This document shows, piece after piece, positions 12,612-25,085 of a DNA stretch of 64,000 nt; the stretch's first letter is position 1; each line of letters starts with the position of its first letter. Origin of the DNA: Nitrospirales bacterium. Its GTDB lineage: Bacteria > Nitrospirota > Nitrospiria > Nitrospirales > UBA8639. Location: contig CBDBCZ010000009.1 of the NCBI GenBank assembly GCA_965203295.1, positions 96,001 to 160,000 on the forward strand, written 5' to 3'. The notes below the pieces were generated by a model that saw only the letters and a list, made by a program, of their open reading frames with translations, did not search any database and was not told the origin of the DNA. A program made the position numbers and the translations under genes.

Positions 12612-13262
12612 GAAATATTGGGGGGGAATAATAAACAGGCTATGGCAGGGTACTTGTCCATTACTTGATGAGTTATTAAAACAGTGAGTTTATGTTTTGA
12701 TTAGTTTGTTAGTTGTATCATGTAGTAGAATGATCCATGAAATTAGTTTTATCTAAATAGTTGTAGTTTTCCATGTTGCTGGTCATCAGGGGAGTTCCCA
12801 GACTGATTATCATGGCTGGGTTAGGGTTGTCTACTGGTAATTTTGTGTTTTAGTACGTTTTATGGCTACAATAATAATTGCCGCCATTGCTCTATACCTG
12901 GCTGGCTCGTAGTTGCATATTTGTAAGTACTGTAAAGGATATCGTTTTCTCCAATTTCTTTGCCACACTGAAGTCTTACCTATCTTCTCTTTTATCTAGT
13001 TTTGGATAATAAAGACATGCATATCATTAGTGTTTAATAGATATTGCTGTAAATATTCTATTTTGTAGATACACTTATCATACTGTAATTTTCCCTAGTA
13101 GCTGAAACTTGAGCTTTGCTTGAGTTTCACACTTACATCATGCTGACCTTGTAGGGCTTGCTGTGTGGTTTGGTGTGTTCTTGGTCAGAGTAGGCATGCA
13201 TGTGCATTTCTACAGGAAGCAGGTACATGTATAGATCTTACTCTAAGGTGTTTAGGAGTCAA

Positions 13263-13694
<432 letters not shown>

Positions 13695-14346
13695 TCAAAA
13701 TCCAAGTCATACCTCCTCATGGTTCCCGGGGGTAACAGTAGTTTTACTACTGGCGAACATGACTGGTTGGCATGGTCTCCTGTTTGCCTAGTATCCGTTC
13801 TGATTTTATCAGTTGCTTGGTGAAGGTTGTGTCAAAGGCACTGCAGTGGTATTGCTAGCCCTCAGTGCTACGAACTCTTTACAAGTGAGCACTAGAAGTC
13901 AAACAGATGGCTGAGCTCCACGTGAAAGCCATCTGTTTGATCTGCCTTTGGCAGAGGAGCATCACCTCTAGGAGTGGCCCCCTTTCGAGGCTCAAGGTGT
14001 GTGTTTGTGTGTGGAGGGAGTGGAACAAAAATGCAGAAATCACATTTAATTTAGTGATAATTAATTTACTCATTGCTAATGTTCTTTCCGCATTCTTGAT
14101 TGCTCCCTCCACACACACACACACAAATGATGAGTGAAGCCCACCATGAGCATATGCAGTTTATAACTGTGAATGTCCCATCTGGCAACCGGAGAGAAAT
14201 TAGCTAAAAGTGGACCAAATCTTTTTACACGAATCCATATAACTCCACAATCACATAGGCTGTCACATGACTGTAGAATTACTGCACATCCATGCCGTTG
14301 AAATATCCCAATGCTTTTGCGGTACACAGGACCATGTATGCATGCA

Positions 14347-14399
<53 letters not shown>

Positions 14400-17300
14400 A
14401 CACACGTGTGTACATAATTGCAATTTGCAGTTACCACATGCCCATGGCAGATTAATGAAAACTTATATGGCCGACGTAAAATCGTGTACAAGGTCCCCAA
14501 GGTGTCCACATTAGAGTGGTTCCAATGTATATAACTGCCTGAGTGCGTGATTACTTCACTGTATTGTAAACCAGCATACAGCCTGCCCACTCAAAGCCAT
14601 GTGGGTAGATGGGCAATGGCCTGATTAGCTATGTACAACAGGATATTTTTATACAGTAGTCACGGCAACCATATGGTGCAATGTAAACAGAAGTTAGACT
14701 CATACTTGTCCAGAGGAGGTATGTGGTTTTCACCAGTAGGTTCATATTGGTGTAGAATGACCAATCTCAACATGTTCCCCAAAAATAAAGTTCATTGGAC
14801 AGCTGGTTAGCAACAGTTTTTTTTTTGCATCAGGACTATCCACCAATAATGGTGCAGGGGATATTGTATTGGTATGCATTTATAACCTCCAATTGTTTTA
14901 TATAATAAACTCGTTATAGTTAATTAAAGTTGAAAGTTTAGAGCTACAATTCTATCCCATTCTATCCCATCCCATCCCATCCCACTTATCCCATCCCAAT
15001 CCTACAATCTTACCGTGTTGTTACCATGGTTATTGTGTAGGAATTTGCTGTTGTTGCTATCCCATCCTCAGTGCCCACTCACCCCTCAATGCCCTCCATT
15101 CACCTCATACACAACTACATGTGTGAAGGGAGTGGATCAAAAATGCAGAAAGCGCACGCTATTAATTTACTCATTGCTAATGTTCTTTCCGCATTCCTGA
15201 TTACTCCCTCCGGACACACACACAAAATGATGGCACCATGACCGTACACATGCTTCATAGCCAGGAAAGCAGAGAGAGGCCTACTGAAAACAAACTCCAG
15301 ACCATAGGGGTAGCCAGGCGTAAGAAAGCACCAGATACCACAGTGCAGAGGGAGATCATGCAGACCCATTGTCCCATTGTTCAAGCTTCATACACAGTTG
15401 GTTACATTGGCTACATCATATTTCCATTGATAACGCACACACACACTCGCCCCACAATCCTGCATTAACCTAGTACAATGAAACCCCTCTTAAAGGACAT
15501 CCCTGAATAAGGACACCTCTCGATCTATACAGGACACTTCACAAGGTCCCCAAGTTGTCCACATTAGAAGGGTTCCACTGAATACAACTTCCCGAGAGCA
15601 TGATTACTTCACTCTGTTGCAAACCAGCATACTACCCTGCACAGCCTGCCCACTTAAAGCTATATTATATTGTGGGTAGAATGGCAATGGCCTGATTAGC
15701 TACAATAGAAATTTTTTACAAGTAGTTGTGCTCGCTTCGCTTGCTCTGTACAGATAGAAATGAAAAGTATCACCTCCCTAACGTCTATGGAACACAAATG
15801 ATGAGTGAAGCCCACCATGAGCGTATGCAGTTTATAACTGTGAATGTCCCATCTGGCAACCGGAGAACGAAACTATATTGATAACAGAACTTACCCAAAA
15901 ATGAACCAAACTGTAATGCCTTGTGGCAGTGAGGGAGTGATTAGGTTTTGAAGTCCTCTTCTGAAAGGAGGTGGTCACTTCTTGATTACACTAGCGTGGT
16001 AATTAGTGATCAGACACGTGAAGTTGAAGAGGCAGAAGATGGAGCGCGAGCTCATGAGGCTGCGGCACTATTCCAGGAGTGTGGCACAGGTGAAGAACCA
16101 TGCTATAAATTATACCGTATAGCGGGAAAATTTGGCAAGCATTAAATTTGGTAATAATGGCCATTAATTAATACTGGCGGAATTTAAATTTGGCAATTTG
16201 TACAGCGTATGATGTAATCTTAATTTAGCACAATATGCATTCAGCGCACGCATTCCTGATCACTCCCTCCTGACACACGCACAAAATGATGGCACCATGA
16301 CCGTACACATGGTTCCTAGTCAGGAAAGCAGAGAGAGGCCAGACTACACTGTACTGAAAACAAACTCCAGACCATAGGGGTAGCCAGGTAAGAGTGAAAG
16401 AAAGCACCAGATACCACAGGGCAGAGGGAGATAATGTCCCATTGTCCTATTTTTCAAGCTTCATACACACTGGCTACATCATATTTCCATTGATAATGCA
16501 CACACACACTCGCCCCACAATCCTGTCATGTTTAGAGTTGATATCCTCACACTGTAAAAATAAATGGATTGCTTTAACCCAGCTAAGGCTACGTATCTCA
16601 GTTGCAGGTTTATCCATGTGTACATGTAATTGTCTACAAGTACACATCAGTTGTGTGCTAATAATAACGAGAAACATGTGTTCTTGACGCATACACATTT
16701 GTAGCAACAGCAGGTTGCAAGGTAAACTACAGAATGGGCTAGGGAGATGGAGGAGTAATTCCACCAAATCCCTAGTTCATATGCATACTCCCAGTCTGAT
16801 GGTCCACACTAATTGCATTCCTATTAAAATTAAACCTCTTCCTTATTGCTACAATAATACCGTCTAGTTCATGAAGCAATAGCTAATGCACAATTTAAAA
16901 GCACTTTGCCAAAAAGTACAAAAACAAGTCGTGTATGGATGCACTTCCACCAATGAAACAAGCGACAATGCACACCGCAATGCATGCGCAAACTACCCAC
17001 ACATCATAGCGCAATGCATTTACCACGTAGCTACCATCCCTACATCTTTCCAACCACACCCACCACAATCGTGTGTATATGAGATGTGAATAGTGGTAGT
17101 GTAATTTGGTGTGTGTGTATTGCTAATGACTGTGTATGTTGGTGGTTGTGAAAGGTAGCTAAAAGTGTTGATTGTGTACATGTTGGACTAGTGAGTCATT
17201 GATGGTGGAGTTATTAGTGTTTGCGTAGGGACCTTGGTAGTGTTTGGTTGTACATGGTTGAGTGTTTTGTAGTTTTGTGAGTGTGTTGTGAGATGCTTGT

Positions 17301-17447
17301 ATGTGCAGGTTCTTTGTAGGGAGGTCTATGTGGGTGTGTTTGGTAAAGTGTAGATTGAGTGTTGTCAACTTTGTTGAGTGTGTTGTATTGGGCTGCAGTT
17401 ATATATAATTTAATTGATTAAACATTGCTGCATTGCTGCATTAATTC

Positions 17448-18164
17448 ATTAGTATGGGAATAGTTACATGAGCAATAGGCAAGGTAATTACATGAGCGAA
17501 GCGAGTGCAATTTTGCCTATTGCAAATGCAATTATCCCCAAATAGCACGAGAATACTTGTGATTCCATGTTAATCACATATCATCACAGCTCCTATAGCT
17601 ATAACTTTTGTTGACGAAACAAGTCTGACATTTCATGTCTAAAAAACCAGCCGGATGCCTTTCCCGTACAATACACACAACTCAGCTTAGGCCGAGCTAC
17701 TAAACTACAGCTGTAGAGCCAGAGAAACTATATTCCTAGAGCGGTACAGCGAAAGTGCTGACTCAGCAGTTTCGTCATGCACCTCCAGTTAGTAGCTATA
17801 TGCCAAGAAACCAGGATCTTCACGGCTACCTACCACGTTTTCGCCATCTAGACAACACAAAACTACCTTCATTTGCTGTAGCTTGGCCTGCAAACCTCCA
17901 AACGCTGCTGTACACTGCAGTTGCATAGTAACGTATGACGTAATATATTGCGCACGTGATAAGTGCGGATGCACAAACATACAAACAGACAAACAAACAA
18001 ACAGACGCGGAAAACGTAAAGCAATCTTAGTACCAGCCGTTAGCGCGCTGTGCGCGCTCCAGCTGGTAAAAAGTGTGCAATTACAGAAAGTGTGTAATTA
18101 TGGTAATAATCGCACACTTGTCTATAGGGGTAAATGTACTGTTACTAATATGCCATGTGATTAA
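17448..18164. mobile_element. Hairpin-ended non-autonomous element with asymmetric inverted repeat (host of the nested HINE)
   Basis: Absent from the paralogous site at about 4630-4650. Stem gcaataggcaa (17472-82) / ttgcctattgc (17513-23) around gcgaagc. IR ttaatcacat (17570-79) / atgtgattaa (18155-64). ATTA at both ends. Confidence 0.6.
17617..18072 (-). mobile_element. Second HINE/DINE-like copy, nested in another element
   Basis: Homologous end-to-end to 3583-4028 and inserted in an A/T run. Confidence 0.7.
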
Positions 18165-18793
18165 ACATTGTTATAGTTCCAGATATTGTACTACCGTGGC
18201 TACTACATATAATACGAATAGTAATTCCAGAACCACCAGACCCAACCCCCTCACAACAGTTACTCTAGCCACCATCCTCACTGGTTCAGCCACTGATATC
18301 CTGTGGCTAATAATAAGTACCCAAACTCCTATAGACAAACATTGCAGTGTGACATCTAGCTATAAGTTGTGGAAAAATGAATAATAGTACACAATTGATT
18401 GGTACATTCCACATGAACCCACTGCTATGGACTTTTTACCCACCCAAGGATACCTGTGACCAAGTGTATTTACAAAAGCGCTTCGGCATCTTGACTTTAG
18501 AAGTTTGTCGTTAAAAAAATCTGATAATGACAAACAAGAGAAACAGCTACACCAACAAATGGGTTAACACTAGAGTAGTAACTCTCACAGACTGCAGTAT
18601 AAAACGAAGGGACCGTAAAAAAAAATATTGAGCCAAGGGCCAGCCCAACCCATGACAGGGAAAAAACTATGGTGCAATGTGAGGAAAAAAACTGAGACAG
18701 TTGAAAACCCTCACCATAGAAAAACCCAAGATATTAAAAATTACAACACACTACTGTAGCTACATATAATGTATAACACTACCGGTAAAGTAA

Positions 18794-19897
18794 TTATTGC
18801 ACAAAGATCTCAATCAGTTCAATAGGAGTGTCCTCATCTGAAAGTGCCTGATTGGCACATATTCTCACTTCAATATCGTCAGTTGTAGGCTCAGCTACGC
18901 TTTTACAAAAGTACGGTGGACCATTCAGCTCGCAGCAAGTGCTTCCTGACCCACAGCCCTCTCCATCCCAGAGTGGGTCACCATCAGGGTAAAATAGACC
19001 ATTAGTCCAGCCACCAGTAATACCAGTCTCACAGAAGTAGTCCTGCCCCAAAAACAAAGGAATGGATTGTGTACTTTGACTATTGGTGCAAGGACAGACA
19101 TACCGAGAATACTGAGAATTCGAATCCTGCTCCGTGAGTGCACCCGCAAATGTCCAAACATGCTCTTTCTCAGTTCCACGTGTGACAACCACTCCATCCA
19201 CATAGGGGTCCTCTATTCTAGTGTGCAAAGAGTTAGTGTAGGAGGCAAATGCATCAGGATGCCCAAGCTGGTACCCTATAATTCTGCCACAAATGTGAGA
19301 AAATGGAATATTGCAAGTACTGAAAGAGACTGAGCTGCAGCCACCACTACCCACAGTATCATCAGAGTTTGACACAGTTTCATTGGTTCTTCCGCACGTT
19401 CTCACGGGCGTTGTGATCTCCCTCCATGCTGGAGGGCACTGGTGGGTAGGGTCAGTCATGTTGAGGTAGGCCACACGAGACCATCCTCCAACACTAGCAC
19501 TGCTACAACTACACTCCCTGGTCATGTCGCAATAGACCCGAACAGCTGTTCCATTAGAGCTTGTGATCCAGTAGTGCTCTGACGGGAGTTGAGGGTTGCA
19601 CTGTGACACTTCAAGACAGGATGACGCCGGATTCTCCTGGACTTGACCTGGACAGTGTCCATCAAGGATATCATTGCGAACAATGTTCAAAACGTCTTCA
19701 GCAATTTCAGCTCTGGCCATCTCCAGTTGCTCCTCAGGAGGACAGACCTGCCCCCCTCCCTCCAGTACTGTAGCAGAGTAACTCACTGGTAGTGAGCTGT
19801 TGTCATGCTGGCTAGTCACACCTCCCTGGCATGAAGTGAGCTGAAGTTCAGCAGCTAGAACGAGTGCGAGAACTGTGTATATAACGTTACTAGTCAT
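18794..19897 (-). CDS. Same family, paralog 2 (367 aa, intronless)
   Basis: ATG-to-stop ORF with signal peptide and the same Cys framework and C-terminus EIFVQ. TATAA-like box at 19963-19969. Confidence 0.92.
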   Translation of the reverse strand: MTSNVIYTVLALVLAAELQLTSCQGGVTSQHDNSSLPVSYSATVLEGGGQVCPPEEQLEMARAEIAEDVLNIVRNDILDGHCPGQVQENPASSCLEVSQCNPQLPSEHYWITSSNGTAVRVYCDMTRECSCSSASVGGWSRVAYLNMTDPTHQCPPAWREITTPVRTCGRTNETVSNSDDTVGSGGCSSVSFSTCNIPFSHICGRIIGYQLGHPDAFASYTNSLHTRIEDPYVDGVVVTRGTEKEHVWTFAGALTEQDSNSQYSRYVCPCTNSQSTQSIPLFLGQDYFCETGITGGWTNGLFYPDGDPLWDGEGCGSGSTCCELNGPPYFCKSVAEPTTDDIEVRICANQALSDEDTPIELIEIFVQ

Positions 19898-20440
19898 TGT
19901 GGCTAAACAGCTTGTGTCGAACTATACCAGAATGGGATACTTTGTGACTGGGAACTGCACTCTTATAAACTCTTTGTATGGAATGTAATTCCTTAACATG
20001 TAATATGTGACCTAGTCTAATTGTTTACTCTTCTGTCTGGAACTGAAAATCAATTACTAGTCAAGCGGTGTCATTGATCTGCTTGTATGCACATTGTTTG
20101 GTAGCGAACTTGAAACTGAGACAATCCTAAAGCGATCATTGTTTATGCTCTGTGTAACTACTTGTAATAATTATCTCATATTCAACATTCCTGATGAAAT
20201 TATTTATAACTCCATAATCATTCTTGTAGGTTGTACATGTATGTGTGTTTGTGGGAGTAGTTATTCCTACAACTGGATAGCTACACAATTCCTTAATATA
20301 CACACTGCCAAGTACATGTTTAAACATACGTATGGCAAGAAAAGGGGCATGTCAGGATTAAAAATGCAGGGTGAAATTAACTGTATCAGTATAATTGTTG
20401 TGTGAAACTACAGGTACTCTCAATGCTGTACACTACTGCA

Positions 20441-20624
20441 AATAGTGTTCAGAACATCTTCGTCAGTTTTAGTTCTAGCCATCTCTTGTTGCTCCTCTGG
20501 AGGACAAACCTGCCCCCCTCCCTACTGTAGCAGAGTCATGCTGACTAGCTAGCTGCACCAAGTTCCTGGCAAGGATCAGCAGCTAAAATGAATACAAGAA
20601 CTGTGTACAATGTTTTCTACTCAT
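20441..20624 (-). pseudogene. Degraded 5' fragment of the same family
   Basis: Matches the signal peptide-GGQVCPPEEQ-MAR region with many indels. ATG at 20624, TATATAA at 20688-20694. Confidence 0.75.
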
Positions 20625-21023
20625 TACGGGTAAACAGCTTGTGTCCAACTACATGAGTGTGATACTTTGTGACTGGAACTGTATGCCTTATATACGTACG
20701 TACAGCTGGTGTGTATGCATGCATTTTTTCAGAAAACCCATGCATTGAACAGAGGAAGTAACTACATTGTAAATAGGCTACTATCAGTAGCCATGTTAGC
20801 TTCTAGTAGCCTAGCTTGCGCCAACAAGGGGCAGTTTCTGTTAGCATCCATGAGTGGTAAAGAATGAAGCCTGGTGCCCATGTAATAATTTAGTGGAGAC
20901 AACTCACATTATGTGTAGGCCTGTTGGGTGTGCAGAGGAGTGAAAAAAAGTCTACTGTAGGGGAATAATAGCATAATTATAGTAGACTACACGTAAGACA
21001 AACCAGTAAGTAGGTAAATCTCT

Positions 21024-21169
<146 letters not shown>

Positions 21170-22014
21170 TTGAAAAAATGTGAGGTCCACCATGGGTATA
21201 TGTAATTTATAACTGGGACTTTTCCCAAGTGGTACTGTATATACTGGCTTAGTCTCATACCCAGGATGTCTGGCAACATTGCACAAGTTGTTTGCCCTTT
21301 ATTAAACTCTCTCAGTTAATGAATAGAAATTTTTGGTGAACCGATCACATTGCACACAGTTAGCAGTCATTTGCCTAGCCTAGTGCTCTTGTGGCATGCT
21401 AATTACTTTTGTTGAACTTTTTAGCACCCTCTCATTTCACTGTTAGCATTATACACTCACTGCTATACCAACTTTGAGGGTGAAGTATATAATACGCTAC
21501 CATCTGTGTGCTCATGCATGCTGCGAGCAAAGCCAATGATGGTCCCAATCATTTCATTTTACATACATACCTCGCTCCGGGCCTGCAAGACTGTGCAAAC
21601 TATGTGAACCTCTCCATACAGGCTTGTTAATGCCAGCCTCATTCACTCCAGACAACCAGTTACTAATACATGCACTGGTATCAAATCAGCTGACAGAGGT
21701 GTTTTGACTTGCAAGTGAGTGGTAGTTTCAGTCTTGTGCCCTCTGTTTACAGAACAATCCCATGTCCTGATTGAAACAACTATCATGAAACTATAATTAC
21801 ATTTTTGCTGGGGGAGGGATCCTAGTTCCCCCCCCCCCCTCCTCTACGTCAAACTAGTCTAGTCTGTACTCTTGTCAATACTACATGGACATGTGGGACT
21901 GTCCTTACATCTGAAATAAGCTGTCAAACACACCTGGTGTGAGTATTTCCTGCTCCCCAGAACCCTGCACTGGAGAGTAACTGATATACCTTGTTAATTA
22001 CTGTTTCCTTTCCT

Positions 22015-22308
22015 TTTTGGTGGTTGGATGCATTCAGAGCTATAAAACTGGGTCTGAAACATTCCTGTGAAAAAAGCATCCCTACGTTTGTAGCCTGTCC
22101 TATGTAGGTACTGGTGATGTTGTCAGACTGTGGGTGGGGCTCTAGCAGATTCCAAAATTTTCATTATAGTAAACAACCCGAAATCGCGTTTTTGTGGATT
22201 ATTTAGCAGGAAGTGTAATTAAATGCGTCCTTTTCGTCAAATTGAGGTACCCTTTTATGTTCTCAACAAAGCCATCCATTTGAATTGTGGATTCGGGGTC
22301 TTCCTACC
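22015..22308 (-). mobile_element. One-ended inverted fragment related to the Kolobok-like element
   Basis: Reverse complement of about 45943-46245, ending tcttcctacc|ttaa. Confidence 0.75.
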
Positions 22309-24606
22309 TTAAGTCACGTTCTGATAGAGAGAGATTCATAAACTAGCCTCGTGCCCACGCAATGAGCTTGGGCACGAGAATATACATAAACAAGTTCAAA
22401 TTAATAGTTTGGAACTATGGCTATATATGGCTAGATTACCTTTTTTGTAACTGAATTCCTGGAATAGCTCACAGTGAAAATTGTCATATTGATGAGTGGG
22501 TCTTTGTTTGAGTTTCAATTGAGTATTCACAGCCAAGAGCCAGATTGGTGTGTGTGCATGTGTGTGTCTGGAGGAAGTTCATCAAGAACACGAATAACGC
22601 ATTATCAGTGAGATACATTGATAATGCACACGCACCCTCGCTCCATGACGATCACGACAGTACCCTGTTGTACATTGGAACCCCTCTTAAAGGACGCCCC
22701 TGAAATAAGGACACCTCTCTATACAGGACACTTCACAAGGTCCCCAAGGTGTCCACATTAGAGTGGTTCCAATGTATATAACTGCCTGAGTGCATGATTA
22801 CTTCACTGTATTGTAAACCAGCATACAGCCGGCCCACTCAAAGCCATGTGGGTAGATGGGCAATGGCCTGATTAGTTATGTGCAACAGGAAATTTTTATA
22901 CAGTAGTCACAGCAACTACATGATGCAATATAAATTAGACTCATACTTGTCCAGAGGAGGTAGGATATGGTTTTCACCAGTAGGTTCATATTGGTGTAGA
23001 ATGACCGATCTCAACATGTTCCCCAAAATTAAAGTACATTGGACAGCTGGTTAGCAACAGTTTTTTTGCATCAGGACTATCCACCAATGATGGTGGAGGG
23101 GATATTGTATTGGTATGCATTTATAACCTCCAATTGTTTTGTATAATAAACTCGTTATAGTTAATTAAAGTTGAAAGTTTGGGAGCTATAATTCTATCCC
23201 ATTCTATCCCATCCCATCCCATCCCTCTTATCCCATCCCAATCCTACAACCTTACCCTGTTGTTACCATGGTTATTGTTGTAGGAATTTGCTGTTGTTGC
23301 TATCCCATCCTCAGTGCCCACTCACCCCTCAATGCCCTCCATTCACCTCATACACAACTACATGTGTGAAGGGAGTGGATCAAAAATGCAGAAAGCGCAC
23401 GCATTCCTGATTACTCCCTCCTGACACACACACAAATGATGGCACCATGACCGTACACGTGGTTCCTAGCCAGGAAAGCAGAGAGAGGCCAGACTACACT
23501 GTACTGAAAACAAACTCCAGACCATAGGGGTAGCCAGGCATGAGTGAAAGAAAGCAGAAGATGCCACAGGGCAGAGGGAGATAATGTCCCATTGTCCCAT
23601 TGTTCAAGTTTCATACACACTTGGTTACATTGGCTATATCATATTTCCATTGATAACGCACACACACACTCGCCCCACAATCCTGCATTAACCTAGTACA
23701 ATGAAACCCCTCTTAAAGGACATCCCTGAATTAATGACACCTCTCGATCTGTACAGGACACTGCACAAGGTCCCCAAGTTGTCCACATTAGAGGGGTTCT
23801 ACTGAATACAACTTCCCGAGAGCATGATTACTTCACTCTGTTATAAACTATCTAGCTATCTACATGTAGCTTCCATGCTCCAAATTCAACAGCTATAGCT
23901 GAACCAATGAGGCTACATTAATTAGGCATCATGGCGGTTTTCCAGTTCTTGTGCACTCCTTGTTTGCCATAGCTGTACATCCTGTGGCTGCTTATAAGGA
24001 AACAGAAAATTCTTCACAAAAGCCATGGCAACAACTGGTTACCTGGTTACAGGTGCAAAGTACATGTGTGTTCAGAGGGTACAGGAGTATATAAGAATTA
24101 TATTACCTAATCAGAAAGACCATCTTGATGTAGAATTGTCACTCTCAAGCTAATCCATGAGAGAAACTCGTCAGAGAGCAGGTTAGTACCAGTTAATGTG
24201 CATCACAAGATCAGAGGAGGTAGGACACAATTCATATAGGGGATAGTATCTCACCAACTGGTCCACACTGAAAATGACCTGCAGTTTATCTCACCTTCAT
24301 TGGAGGAAAGTCCAGTATGTTGTTCATTATACGTACCTCCCCAATGAGTTTTCTCTTGGACTCAGAATTAGATGTTACAGTCTCTATGGATCTGCTGGTG
24401 ATATATTCCACAACATCCATGTCCAACCTCCTCTGGACATTAGTATACTGTTTACATTGTACCCGGCTGTTGCCATGGCTACTGTATAATAATTTCCTGT
24501 TGCAGCTAATTAGGTAAGCTGTGCAGGTGGTATCCTTGTTCACAATACAGTGAAGTGATCATGCACTCAGGTAGTTGTGTATGAGGTGAATAGAGGGCAT
24601 TGTGGG

Positions 24607-25085
24607 GTGATCGTTGTGACTGGGACATGCCTTATATACGCTAGGAATGGGATATTAAATACCAAATTAAGGCACGTTCCAGTAGAGAGAGGAGGACATG
24701 TACAAATTAATAGCTGGCGTCACTTATGATTAAAATAATACAGTGTATGGGGGGCATAAACAGCTTTAAATTTATTACAGCACACACACACAGCTGCTAG
24801 AAGATACACATTCCGGACATCTTAAGATAAGCATGAATTCAGTTACAGGAAAGCCATTATGCGTTCTAAAAATAGTCACTTGATGAGGTAATGCAGCACT
24901 CTACCTATCACTGTAGTGATGGGCATTGAATGCCATAGCAAACTTCAGACTACATACAAATCAGACGTATTAGCCACCTTACAGCTTAAAAGAAATTAAA
25001 CCAAATCCACCCATCAGCTCTTATGATATACGTAGTAAAATGCATTAAGAAGTCACAATTCATAATTAATCTGGACACGACATGG
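24607..25085 (-). promoter_or_regulatory. Second orphan promoter copy without a CDS
   Basis: gtgatcgttgtgactgggacatgccttatata and what follows match 7956-8390. It is fused downstream to an unrelated repeat module. Confidence 0.7.

Noticed and set aside
13890..13997. Exon-like segment ending CAAG|GTGTGT (also at 1-51)
   Set aside because: No clear acceptor, ambiguous frame, and it lies within a duplicated block.
18925..19333. Overlapping ORFs inside family genes (also 7585-7794, 32023-32292, 32524-32751, 54169-54498, 54617-54868)
   Set aside because: Alternate-frame or antisense shadows of the real CDS, with lengths not conserved among paralogs.
20094..20405. 103/104-aa ORF 'conserved' at 55552-55866
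   Set aside because: TTG start. The identity reflects recent segmental duplication, and there are no protein-like features.
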